Origin: Acidobacteriota bacterium
Lineage (GTDB): Bacteria > Acidobacteriota > Vicinamibacteria > Vicinamibacterales > SCN-69-37
Length of the DNA stretch: 64,000 bases
Assembly (NCBI GenBank): GCA_013203475.1
Contig: JABMNV010000015.1
Span: 3,567 to 67,566, forward strand
Direction of reading: 5' to 3'
In this document: piece by piece, positions 45,498 through 54,006 of the stretch
Layout: every line of letters begins with the position of its first letter
Position numbering within the stretch: the first letter of the stretch is position 1
Program-made: the position numbers and the translations under genes
The notes under the pieces: model-generated
Told to the model about the DNA's origin: nothing
Seen by the model: only the letters and a program-made list of their open reading frames with translations
Databases searched by the model: none

Positions 45498-45553
45498 CAC
45501 CACGAATCGATATTTCGACTATCGTGTGCAGGTCACTCGGGAGGTGTTTGTGT

Positions 45554-46321
45554 ATGAGCCAGATGAATAGATCCATGGTGGGTGTCGTTGCGGTCATTGT
45601 GACTGCGGTGGCGTTGGCGTCGTCCATCCCAACCGCCGCGCAGCAGCCGGTCCGGCCCGAGGATGGGGTTGCCACCTTCTCCATTCTTGGATTCGACCCT
45701 GAAACCGGTGAGTTGGGCGGTGCCGTACAGTCGCGCGTGTTCTCCGTGGGGAACGGCGTGTTGTGGGCTGAGGCGGGCGTGGGCGCGGCTGCGACCCAGG
45801 CCATTGTTGATGTCAGTTATGGCCCACAAGCGCTGGACTTGCTCCGCCGTGGACTCAAACCAGCCGATATCGTGAAGCAGATTTGGGACCGTGATCCGGA
45901 TCCGGGTCTGAGAAATCAGCCATGGCCCAAGGCTGGAAGGCAGTTCGCGGTCATCAGTCCGTTTGGAGAAACGGCCGTGTATACAGGCCCGGAAGCCAGT
46001 GAATGGGCCGGACACAAGCAGGGGCTCTACTGTACGGCGCAAGGTAATATCCTGGCCGGACCAGCCGTCGTCGAAGGCATGGTCAAGGCCTTTGAAACCA
46101 CCAAGGGACGCCTCTCGTTCCGTTTGTTGGCCGCGCTTGAGGCCGGGCAGCTGGCCGGAGGCGACAAACGTGGCATGCAGTCGGCAGCGATGTTGATCGT
46201 CAAGAAGGACGGCGGCGTGTGGCTGCACAACGATGTCGTCCTGCGCTTGCAGGTCGACGACCACACCGAGCCGATCGTCGAACTGCGACGCCTGGTGGAG
46301 AAACGGTATCCGCGCGGATGA
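45554..46321 (+). CDS. DUF1028-family (Ntn-hydrolase-like) secreted protein
   Basis: GGGAGG RBS. Signal peptide. ATFSILGFDPETGELGGAVQSRVFSVGNGVLWAEAGVGAAATQA is the DUF1028 N-terminal core. Confidence 0.8.
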   Translation: MSQMNRSMVGVVAVIVTAVALASSIPTAAQQPVRPEDGVATFSILGFDPETGELGGAVQSRVFSVGNGVLWAEAGVGAAATQAIVDVSYGPQALDLLRRGLKPADIVKQIWDRDPDPGLRNQPWPKAGRQFAVISPFGETAVYTGPEASEWAGHKQGLYCTAQGNILAGPAVVEGMVKAFETTKGRLSFRLLAALEAGQLAGGDKRGMQSAAMLIVKKDGGVWLHNDVVLRLQVDDHTEPIVELRRLVEKRYPRG

Positions 46322-47637
46322 CTCTCAAGCTCCCACATCCCCTTGTTCTGCTGATGGGGGCGGTCGCTCTGGCGGCCGCCTCCACATGGGTGCTGCCTGC
46401 CGGAGAATTCAGTCGGAGAGAGAACGCAGCCACAGGCCGCATCGTCGTCGTTCCGGGGACGTACGAAACAGTTGATGCGGCTCCCGTCGGGCTCTTTGAT
46501 CTGTTTGTCGCCGTGCCCCGTGGGTTTATCGAAGGCGCCGACGTCATCGCCGTGATCCTGTTTGTCGGAGGCGCATGGGTCGTTGTCGATCGCACCGGCA
46601 CGTTAGCCAGGATGATCGCCTCGCTCGTCGCAGTGTTTCGCCGTCGCGGGCTCTGGGCGATTCCCGTGTTCTCGTTCGTGTTCGGCACGATGGGGGCTCT
46701 CGAGAACATGCAGGAGGAAATTATTCCGTTGGTGCCAGTTCTTCTGGTGCTTGGGCGCGGGCTCGGCGTCAACGCCGTGGTCGTGGTCGCCATGTCTGCC
46801 GGCGCAGCGATGGTGGGCAGCGCATTCGGGCCCACGAATCCATTTCAGGCCGGGATCGCCATGAAGCTGGCGCAGCTCCCACCGCTGTCGATGTTCGGTC
46901 TGCGTTCGGCGATGTTTGTGGCAGGTCTCAGCCTCTGGTCTGCCTGGACGATGCGATATGCGGCGCGCACGCGATTGGCCATGTCAGACGCTGACGCGAC
47001 CGGCGAGCGTGCCGGCACGAAAGATGTCGTGATCATGTTGTGCGCGCTCGCGCCAATGGTGGCGTACGTCTACGGGGCCTTGGCCCTCGATTGGGGATTC
47101 AACGAACTGTCGGCCGGCTTTGTCATCGCCGGTATCGTCGTGGGGTTGGCAGGCGGCCTCAGAGTGACCGGAACGATCAACGCTTACTTCGAGGGCATGC
47201 AAACACTGCTGCCGGCGGCCATCATTGTGGGAATGGCACGATCGATTTCGCTGGTAATGGCCGACGGTCGAGTGATCGATACCATTCTGAACGCCATGGC
47301 CGCACCGCTCAGCCACATGTCGGGTGCTTCGGCGCTACTGCTGATGATTCCTTTTCACGCCTTGCTTCACATCCCGGTCTCAAGTGTCAGTGGACAGGCC
47401 GTGCTGACCATGCCGATCATGGTGCCCCTGGCAGATTTGCTCGGACTGTCGCGCGATGCGGCCGTGATCGCCTACCAAACCGGCGCCGGACTCATGGAAT
47501 TGTTGACGCCGACGAACGGGGCTCTCATGGCACTCTTGCTGGCTGCCAAGGTGCCGTTTGGTCAGTGGTTCCGCTTCGCCATTGCGGCAGCCGGGCTGAT
47601 GCTGCTGGTGGGTATCATCGGCGTCCTGGTCGCCTGA
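46318..47637 (+). CDS. YfcC-family membrane transporter (C4-dicarboxylate anaerobic carrier-like)
   Basis: SGQAVLTMPIMVPLADLLGLSRDAAVIAYQTG matches the E. coli YfcC SGQAALTMPLLAPLGDLVGV region. ATG 46318 overlaps the upstream stop (ATGA). Confidence 0.8.
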   Translation: MTLKLPHPLVLLMGAVALAAASTWVLPAGEFSRRENAATGRIVVVPGTYETVDAAPVGLFDLFVAVPRGFIEGADVIAVILFVGGAWVVVDRTGTLARMIASLVAVFRRRGLWAIPVFSFVFGTMGALENMQEEIIPLVPVLLVLGRGLGVNAVVVVAMSAGAAMVGSAFGPTNPFQAGIAMKLAQLPPLSMFGLRSAMFVAGLSLWSAWTMRYAARTRLAMSDADATGERAGTKDVVIMLCALAPMVAYVYGALALDWGFNELSAGFVIAGIVVGLAGGLRVTGTINAYFEGMQTLLPAAIIVGMARSISLVMADGRVIDTILNAMAAPLSHMSGASALLLMIPFHALLHIPVSSVSGQAVLTMPIMVPLADLLGLSRDAAVIAYQTGAGLMELLTPTNGALMALLLAAKVPFGQWFRFAIAAAGLMLLVGIIGVLVA

Positions 47638-47680
47638 TGGCCCAGGACGTCAGCCGCTCATGGCCTCCGCGAGGCTCCGA

Positions 47681-49843
47681 CTAAAATCCCACACTCAGGC
47701 TCACGCCGAAGGTCCGAGGCCGCCCCGACTCTCCGACGAACCCGGATGGTGCCAGCCCCGGATACGCAAACGCGGTCGGTATGTAGCGGGCGTCAAAAGC
47801 GTTCCTGATCCAGCCCTCCACCGTCACGGCCCGCATCTGCACGCCGCCTCGCAGGTTCACCATGGTGTAGGCGGCTTCGCCGGCGGTGTTGCCATCGTCG
47901 TACTGAATGGCGCCGTGGCGGACCACTTCACCACGGCCGAACACTTGGACCGCTTCTCGTAGCGCACGCGAGAACTGGATGCCTGCCGCGGCCGTGTAGT
48001 CAGGTGTGAATGGGATGTCATTGTTCGAGACGTCGGCGCCGCTCGACACGCTGCCGCTGGAAAACCTGGCCCGTGTGTAGCCGAAGGAGCCGAAGAGGTC
48101 GATGCCCGCTCCCGCTCGTGCGGTGAGCTCGAACTCAACGCCGCGGCTGGTCGCACCACCGACGTTCGAGATGTAAAACTGACCAGGCGCGTTCGGAATC
48201 GGCAGGTTGAGCTGCAGGTCAGACCAGTCGATGTGAAAGGCGGCGACGTTCGTCCAGACGCGTCCATCCGCCCACGTTGTCTTGACACCGACTTCGCTGT
48301 TCCAGGTGTGTTCTTCGTCGTAGGTGTCGCCTGACGGGGGCGCCGTCGGATTAAAACCGCCGGCCTTAAAGCCACGCGACACGGCGACGTACGTCATGGT
48401 GTCTGGACCAGCGCGGTAGGAGAGCGAAGCGCTTGGCGAGACGTTTGCCCAGGTGTTCTCGGCATCCGTCGTGCGTGTCGGCGCAATTTGTGGTTCAAAA
48501 AACGTCCGCAGGCTGGCCGTCTTCTGTTCGCGGTCAGCACGAACGCCAACGGTGATGTCCACGGTGTCGTTCATGCTGAAGGTCGCGTGGCCAAATACCG
48601 CGAGTCCAGATTCATCGATCGTGCCCTGGGGGGAGTGCTGGCTGACAGGGAACGGCACGAATTGAGAAATCAAAAACGGCGCGAATGTGTTGACGGCGTC
48701 CTGCTCGTACTTCTGCGTGAATCCGAAAACTCCCGCCTGCCATGCCAGCGTCGTCGAGGTTGAGAGCCGAACGGGCGCGGCCGCCGCAGAAGCGAAACGC
48801 ACTTCCTGGCTCAGCTGTCGAGCCTTCTCCGCGTTGTCCCTGGTAATCAGCGGAGCCGGTGAGTAATCAAGATCGGTCACATCCTGAGTGGTCCAGCGAA
48901 CAAACCCACTGGTGCTGGTCACACTGATGGCTGGACCCTCCCGCCGGGCCACAATCGTGGCGGAGGTCACGTTGCGATCTTGACGGCCTTCAAAATCGCG
49001 AGCGACAGAGAAGGGAGCGCTGCGCAGGCCACCCAGGTCGCTCAGCGCATAGTCTCCATCGCGCGAACGCTCTGCGCTCACAATGAGGCGGGTTTCCCAT
49101 TGGGGCGTCGGCGTCCAGAAGAGTTGGGCCTTGCCGAAGGTTGCCGAACGATCATCGATCGTGTGGCCGGTGACCTGGTTGGTCGTGAATCCATCTCGTT
49201 CCCCGTGGCCGATGGCGAGACCGAAACCGAGTGTCGGGGCCAGCGGGCCCGAAAGCTCCGCCCGGATGTCGCGGGCACGGTAGTTGCCGAGCGGGGCAGT
49301 CAGACGGCCCGTCCAGGTCGTCAGAGACGGACGTGTCGAGATGACGTTGACCACGCCGCCGAGTGTGTTGCGGCCGTAGAGCGCACTTTGGGGGCCGCGG
49401 ACAAATTCGATCTGATCGACGTCCAGCAATTCGATACTTGATGTGCTGGCGTTCAGCTGCGGAACTCCGTCGAGAAACGTCGCGACCGCCGGGTTCGCTG
49501 GGCTGGAGCCGATGCCGCGAAACCGCGCATTGCTCAGCTTGCGTGCCGTGAACTCGGTGAAGACGGTGTTGGGAGTCAAGAGGGCTGCGTCCGACACAAT
49601 CCTGACGCCCATCTGCATCAGCATCGACGCGGTGATGGCCGTCACGCTGACGGGCAGTTTCTGAATCGTGGCGGGCTCTTTCACCGCCGTCACCGTGACT
49701 TCAGGGAGCTCAACGCGGTTGGGCGCCTGACCGCTCTGACCGCTCTGGGCAATGGTCCACGAAGGACAGACCACCAGAGCAACGGCAATGCCGATTGGGA
49801 CACACGACTGACGAACACGATGGGGCGACACGACAAAACGCAT
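47681..49843 (-). CDS. TonB-dependent receptor
   Basis: Signal peptide; plug motifs VTVTA...EF VRGPQSALYGRNTLGGVVNV; a 22-strand-length barrel; C-terminal ...SLSVGF. Confidence 0.9.
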   Translation of the reverse strand: MRFVVSPHRVRQSCVPIGIAVALVVCPSWTIAQSGQSGQAPNRVELPEVTVTAVKEPATIQKLPVSVTAITASMLMQMGVRIVSDAALLTPNTVFTEFTARKLSNARFRGIGSSPANPAVATFLDGVPQLNASTSSIELLDVDQIEFVRGPQSALYGRNTLGGVVNVISTRPSLTTWTGRLTAPLGNYRARDIRAELSGPLAPTLGFGLAIGHGERDGFTTNQVTGHTIDDRSATFGKAQLFWTPTPQWETRLIVSAERSRDGDYALSDLGGLRSAPFSVARDFEGRQDRNVTSATIVARREGPAISVTSTSGFVRWTTQDVTDLDYSPAPLITRDNAEKARQLSQEVRFASAAAAPVRLSTSTTLAWQAGVFGFTQKYEQDAVNTFAPFLISQFVPFPVSQHSPQGTIDESGLAVFGHATFSMNDTVDITVGVRADREQKTASLRTFFEPQIAPTRTTDAENTWANVSPSASLSYRAGPDTMTYVAVSRGFKAGGFNPTAPPSGDTYDEEHTWNSEVGVKTTWADGRVWTNVAAFHIDWSDLQLNLPIPNAPGQFYISNVGGATSRGVEFELTARAGAGIDLFGSFGYTRARFSSGSVSSGADVSNNDIPFTPDYTAAAGIQFSRALREAVQVFGRGEVVRHGAIQYDDGNTAGEAAYTMVNLRGGVQMRAVTVEGWIRNAFDARYIPTAFAYPGLAPSGFVGESGRPRTFGVSLSVGF

Positions 49844-49890
49844 ACGACAATTATAGATGAGCGTTTGAGCGCTCTGCTAGAATCCGCGTC

Positions 49891-51312
49891 ATGCGAACAA
49901 GGCAATGGGGTATCGCGGCGGGGCTCGCCGCGGCAACAGTGGTCGTTTCTGCACAGCAGCTACCTGTGAGTAACGCGATCAAGTCGTTTGTGACCGTGAA
50001 CGATGCAGTGGTCGCGCTGACTCACGCAACCGTCATCGATGGAACCGGGGCACCGGCCCGCGATGATCAGACGGTGGTTCTGCGTGATGGGCGGATCGCG
50101 GCCGTGGGGCCGTTTGGATCGACGCTGGTTCCGGACAACGCACGCGTGATCGACCTGACCGGCAAGACCGTGATGCCTGGCATGGTCATGCTGCATGAGC
50201 ACTTGTATTACCCGACAGGACCTGGCGTGTACGGCCAGTTGGGAGAGAGCTTCGTGCGCCTCTATCTGGCGGGCGGCGTGACAACGATGCGGACGGGCGG
50301 AAATGTGAACGGCTTCATGGATCTGAACATGAAGCGATTGGTTGACGAGGGCCGCAAGGCTGGGCCTGCCATTGACGCCACGGCCCCGTATCTCAACGGG
50401 CCCAATTCCTTCATCCAAATGCACAGCCTCTCGGGCGCCGACGATGCGCGAAGGCAGGTGAACTATTGGGCCGATGCGGGCGCGACGTCGTTCAAGGCCT
50501 ACATGCAGATCTCGCGCGCCGAACTGGGGGCCGCGATCGACGAGGCTCACAAACGCGGCCTCAAGGTGACAGGGCACCTGTGTTCGGTGACCTACGCTGA
50601 AGCGGCTGATCTGGGGATCGACAACCTTGAGCACGCGTTCCTGGCGTCCACCGACTTTGTGGCGGACAAACAACTGGATGTGTGCCCAGGCCAGGGCGTG
50701 GGTCAGGGAACCATCGCGGACCTTGACGTGGAAGGGGCGCCGTTCCGGGCGCTCGTGCAGAAGCTGATCGACCACCATGTGACGTTGACGACCACCCCGG
50801 CCGTGTTCGAGACATTTACGCCGGGGCGGCCGGTGCCGCCGGGGCTCGAGGTGCTGGTGGCCCCGCTGCGCGAACAATTCGAGCAAGGGTTTGCACGCAC
50901 CGCTCGAAACGAGCGGTCAATCTACGCGCGTTTGTTTCCCAAGGCGATGCAGTTGGATCTGGCGTTCGCCAGAGCAGGCGGTACACTGGTCGCTGGAACC
51001 GACCCCACCGGGGGGGGCGGAGTGATTCCCGGGTTTTCGAATCAGCGCACGATCGAGTTGCTGGTTGAATCGGGGTTCACGCCCGTAGAGGCCATTCGAA
51101 TCGCGACACTCAACGGCGCGACGTATCTTGGGCGCGGTGACACGATCGGTTCGATCGCGGTAGGAAAACAGGCCGACCTCATGGTCGTGTCAGGAAATCC
51201 GGCCGTCGCAATTGGTGATGTGCGCAAGGTCGAGCTGGTGTTTCGACAGGGAATAGGCTTTGACAGCGCGCGCCTGATTGCGTCGGTGTCCGGGCGCGTT
51301 GGAATTTGGTAG
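49891..51312 (+). CDS. Amidohydrolase-family metal-dependent hydrolase (secreted)
   Basis: Signal peptide, PGMVMLHEHL metal motif, and a late GTD...ADLMVV pattern of the imidazolonepropionase/prolidase-like amidohydrolases. Confidence 0.85.
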   Translation: MRTRQWGIAAGLAAATVVVSAQQLPVSNAIKSFVTVNDAVVALTHATVIDGTGAPARDDQTVVLRDGRIAAVGPFGSTLVPDNARVIDLTGKTVMPGMVMLHEHLYYPTGPGVYGQLGESFVRLYLAGGVTTMRTGGNVNGFMDLNMKRLVDEGRKAGPAIDATAPYLNGPNSFIQMHSLSGADDARRQVNYWADAGATSFKAYMQISRAELGAAIDEAHKRGLKVTGHLCSVTYAEAADLGIDNLEHAFLASTDFVADKQLDVCPGQGVGQGTIADLDVEGAPFRALVQKLIDHHVTLTTTPAVFETFTPGRPVPPGLEVLVAPLREQFEQGFARTARNERSIYARLFPKAMQLDLAFARAGGTLVAGTDPTGGGGVIPGFSNQRTIELLVESGFTPVEAIRIATLNGATYLGRGDTIGSIAVGKQADLMVVSGNPAVAIGDVRKVELVFRQGIGFDSARLIASVSGRVGIW

Positions 51313-51321
51313 AGGTGCAAA

Positions 51322-52233
51322 ATGCATAGTCGTTTTACCTGGATCAACGGAGAAATGATCGACACGGCACAGGCGACTGTGCCATTTCTCACGGCGGGCT
51401 TTCACTACGGGATTGCCGTGTTTGAGGGCATCCGGGCGTATCAGACGCCGCGGGGACTGGGCGTCTTTCGGCTGCGGGAGCACATGCAGCGTTTTGAAGA
51501 CTCCTCGCACATTCTGGGGTTTCTGGAGATGCCACACTCCGTAGACGAAATGATCGAGGCGGTGTGCTCCACCGTTCGCGCGAACGGATTCGGCGACTGT
51601 TACATTCGCCCGCTGCTCTGGCTCGCCGATGGGGGGTGGAATCTCACGCTGGACTCGGGACGGCCACATGTGGCGGTGACAGTGTGGGAGGAGTCGGTCT
51701 ATCTCGGACAGCGTTCACCCGAGCAGGGACTCAAGGCCTGTGTCTCGAGTTTCACTCGACACCACCCCGCAGCGATGATGACCAAAGCCAAGGTGAGTGG
51801 AAACTATGTCAACTCGGTCATGGCCAAGACCGAGGCGCAACGACGTGGGTTTGACGAAGCCATCTTGCTCGATACCCAGGGATACGTGACCGAGTGCACC
51901 GGGGCCAATCTGTTCGTGGTCCGGAAAGGGAAGCTCGTCACGCCGCCGGCGGACGCCATCCTGGAGGGAATCACGCGCGACACCGTCGTCACGCTGGCGC
52001 AGGACCTCGGTCTCCCGGTGCAGGAGGCCACACTCAGTCGTGACCATCTCTATGTGGCGGATGAAGTGTTTGTGTGCGGAACAGCGGCCGAAGTGGTCGG
52101 TGTGTCAAGCATCGATGGTCGTCCGATTGGCGCGGGCGTTACTGGACCGGTGACCCGGGCGATTCACGAGGCGTACTTGACCGCCGTACGCGGCGCCCAC
52201 CCCAGATCCGACGACTGGGTGACCATCACGTAA
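51322..52233 (+). CDS. ilvE: Branched-chain amino acid aminotransferase (fold type IV)
   Basis: FHYGIAVFEGIRAY, KVSGNYVNS, EGITRDTV, GTAAEV. Confidence 0.9.
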   Translation: MHSRFTWINGEMIDTAQATVPFLTAGFHYGIAVFEGIRAYQTPRGLGVFRLREHMQRFEDSSHILGFLEMPHSVDEMIEAVCSTVRANGFGDCYIRPLLWLADGGWNLTLDSGRPHVAVTVWEESVYLGQRSPEQGLKACVSSFTRHHPAAMMTKAKVSGNYVNSVMAKTEAQRRGFDEAILLDTQGYVTECTGANLFVVRKGKLVTPPADAILEGITRDTVVTLAQDLGLPVQEATLSRDHLYVADEVFVCGTAAEVVGVSSIDGRPIGAGVTGPVTRAIHEAYLTAVRGAHPRSDDWVTIT

Positions 52234-52266
52234 GAAAAAATTGGGCCGGGATGCAGTAGCACCCTA

Positions 52267-52300
52267 GTTCCCCAACTCCCCAATTCCCCAGTTCCCCAAC
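52267..52300 (-). other. G-quadruplex-type motif (GGGG-N4)x4 on the minus strand
   Basis: The plus strand reads GTTCCCCAACTCCCCAATTCCCCAGTTCCCCAAC, with C4 runs at 52270-73, 52278-81, 52286-89 and 52294-97 and loops AACT/AATT/AGTT. It lies between the convergent stops of ilvE (52233) and the M28 gene (52305). Confidence 0.6.
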
Positions 52301-52304
52301 TCTC

Positions 52305-53883
52305 TTATTGTCCTCCCCGGCCCCCGGCGGTCGGAAGCAGCTTGCGTGGCAGCAATTCGTCACGATTCGCCGCCAGATACGCAAACGCCGCAGCGATGGT
52401 GGCATTGCGCCTCATGTCTTCGGGCTGGAGTCGTTCGTAGCTGTCCATGTTGTAGTGGTGCGTCACGGTGTTGTATTCCACCGTGTCCTGGATGAACTGG
52501 AAGCCCGGTAGACCGACGCCATCACACGCCTGGTGATCCGTGCCACCCGTGTTGCGAATCGTCAGATGGGTCATGCCCAAATCGGCGAGTGGTTCCATCC
52601 AGGCGCGGAACGTTGACGCGATGGCATTGTTGCCTTGCAGGTACACGCCATGAATCGCACCCGTGCCGTTGTCGATGTTGAAGTAGCCCGCGAATTTTGC
52701 ATGTGCGGGTTTCATTTCCAACGGACCCTGTGCTCCACCACGTCCGCCACGGCCGGCGGCCGGCGGTGCACCTGCCGGCGGTGCTGGCGCTGCGCCTCGA
52801 CTGGCAAAGTGTTGCGCCACGTAGTCGCGTGATCCGATGAGTCCCTGCTCTTCGCCATTCCAGAGTCCGAGGCGGACGGTGCGACGGAGCGTGACGCCCG
52901 AGGCCTTCAGGATGCGCAGGGCCTCCATCATCGCGGCTGAACCGGCGGCGTTGTCGGTGGCACCGGTCGCGCCGTGCCACGAGTCGAAGTGGGCGCCACG
53001 CATCACGATTTCGTCAGCCTTGTCCGTGCCCGGAATCTCGCCGACCGCGTTGAACATCGTCGGAGTCGGGTGGTAGGTGTTCTTGATGTCGGCCTCGATC
53101 GTGACGGGAATGTTCTTCTCCAGCATGCGGGCGACCCGGCCGTAGTGCTCGGCGGCCACGACAATGGTCGTCAGCGTTGTCGCGGGGTCGGAATTACGGT
53201 TGCCGCCCAGAGTGAACAGACCGTGACCGCGCGCGTCCGCCGCGTTCGCCACCCCGCGCGCCGCGCCCAGCCGGCGCTGGTGCCCCCAGCTCAGAAAACG
53301 TTGGGGCGCCCGACAGGGCATCAAGCTCCTCGGTTGTGTACCGTGATGCCTGAGGTGTCCAGTACGCGGCCACGTCCGGCGGTGCCTGCGTCAGGATGAA
53401 CTTGCCTTTCAGGGTGCCTGCCAGCTTCGTCAGTTCGGCCTCGTCTGCACTCGTCAGAAGCACGGCCTCGCCTCGGATGAGGCCATTGGTGCCCGGCGTC
53501 CACGCCGTAGACATCGCGGTCATGGGGAACGCCTGCGGTGACACGGCGGCCAGATAGAACTTGTCGTTGGTCCAGCCACGCGGGAACTGGGTCTGGTCCG
53601 TCCATGGTTCGATGGCGACGTTCTGCAAGCCCCATTCCTTCATCTGGCCCACCGCCCATTCGCCGGCCTTCTGAATGTTGGGTGACCCGCTCAGGCGCGG
53701 GCGGTGCACGTCCGTCATCCAACTCGCCAGATCCATGACCTGTGAGTTCTGCATGCCTTCTGCTTTGATCTTCGCGAGTGCGGCGTAGTCGATCACCTCA
53801 TCGGCTGCCCGCAGCGGCAGGGCCACGAGAGCGGTAAAGACCGCCGTGGCGAGTCCGAGCGTCAGAACCTTTGTGTGTCTCAT
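52305..53883 (-). pseudogene. M28-family peptidase (PA-domain type) with an apparent +1 frameshift
   Basis: The N-terminal frame (ATG 53883, signal peptide MRHTKVLTLGLATAVFTALVALPLRA) ends at 53194. The C-terminal frame (track 52305..53324) carries VVAAEHYGR, GAHFDSWHGATGATDNAAGSAAMMEA and LWNGEEQGLIGS. The frames overlap in a Gly/Arg-rich, GC-rich stretch. Confidence 0.75.
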
Positions 53884-54006
53884 CTGCTCTGTCCTCTTGT
53901 CTCTCATAGTGGGGGCCTGACGACCCGCTTCCGGAGCAGGGCACAACGAGTGTCCGGAACAGTTCATGATACGACTGCCCCGCCCGGGATGGTAAGGTAA
54001 TCAGCG

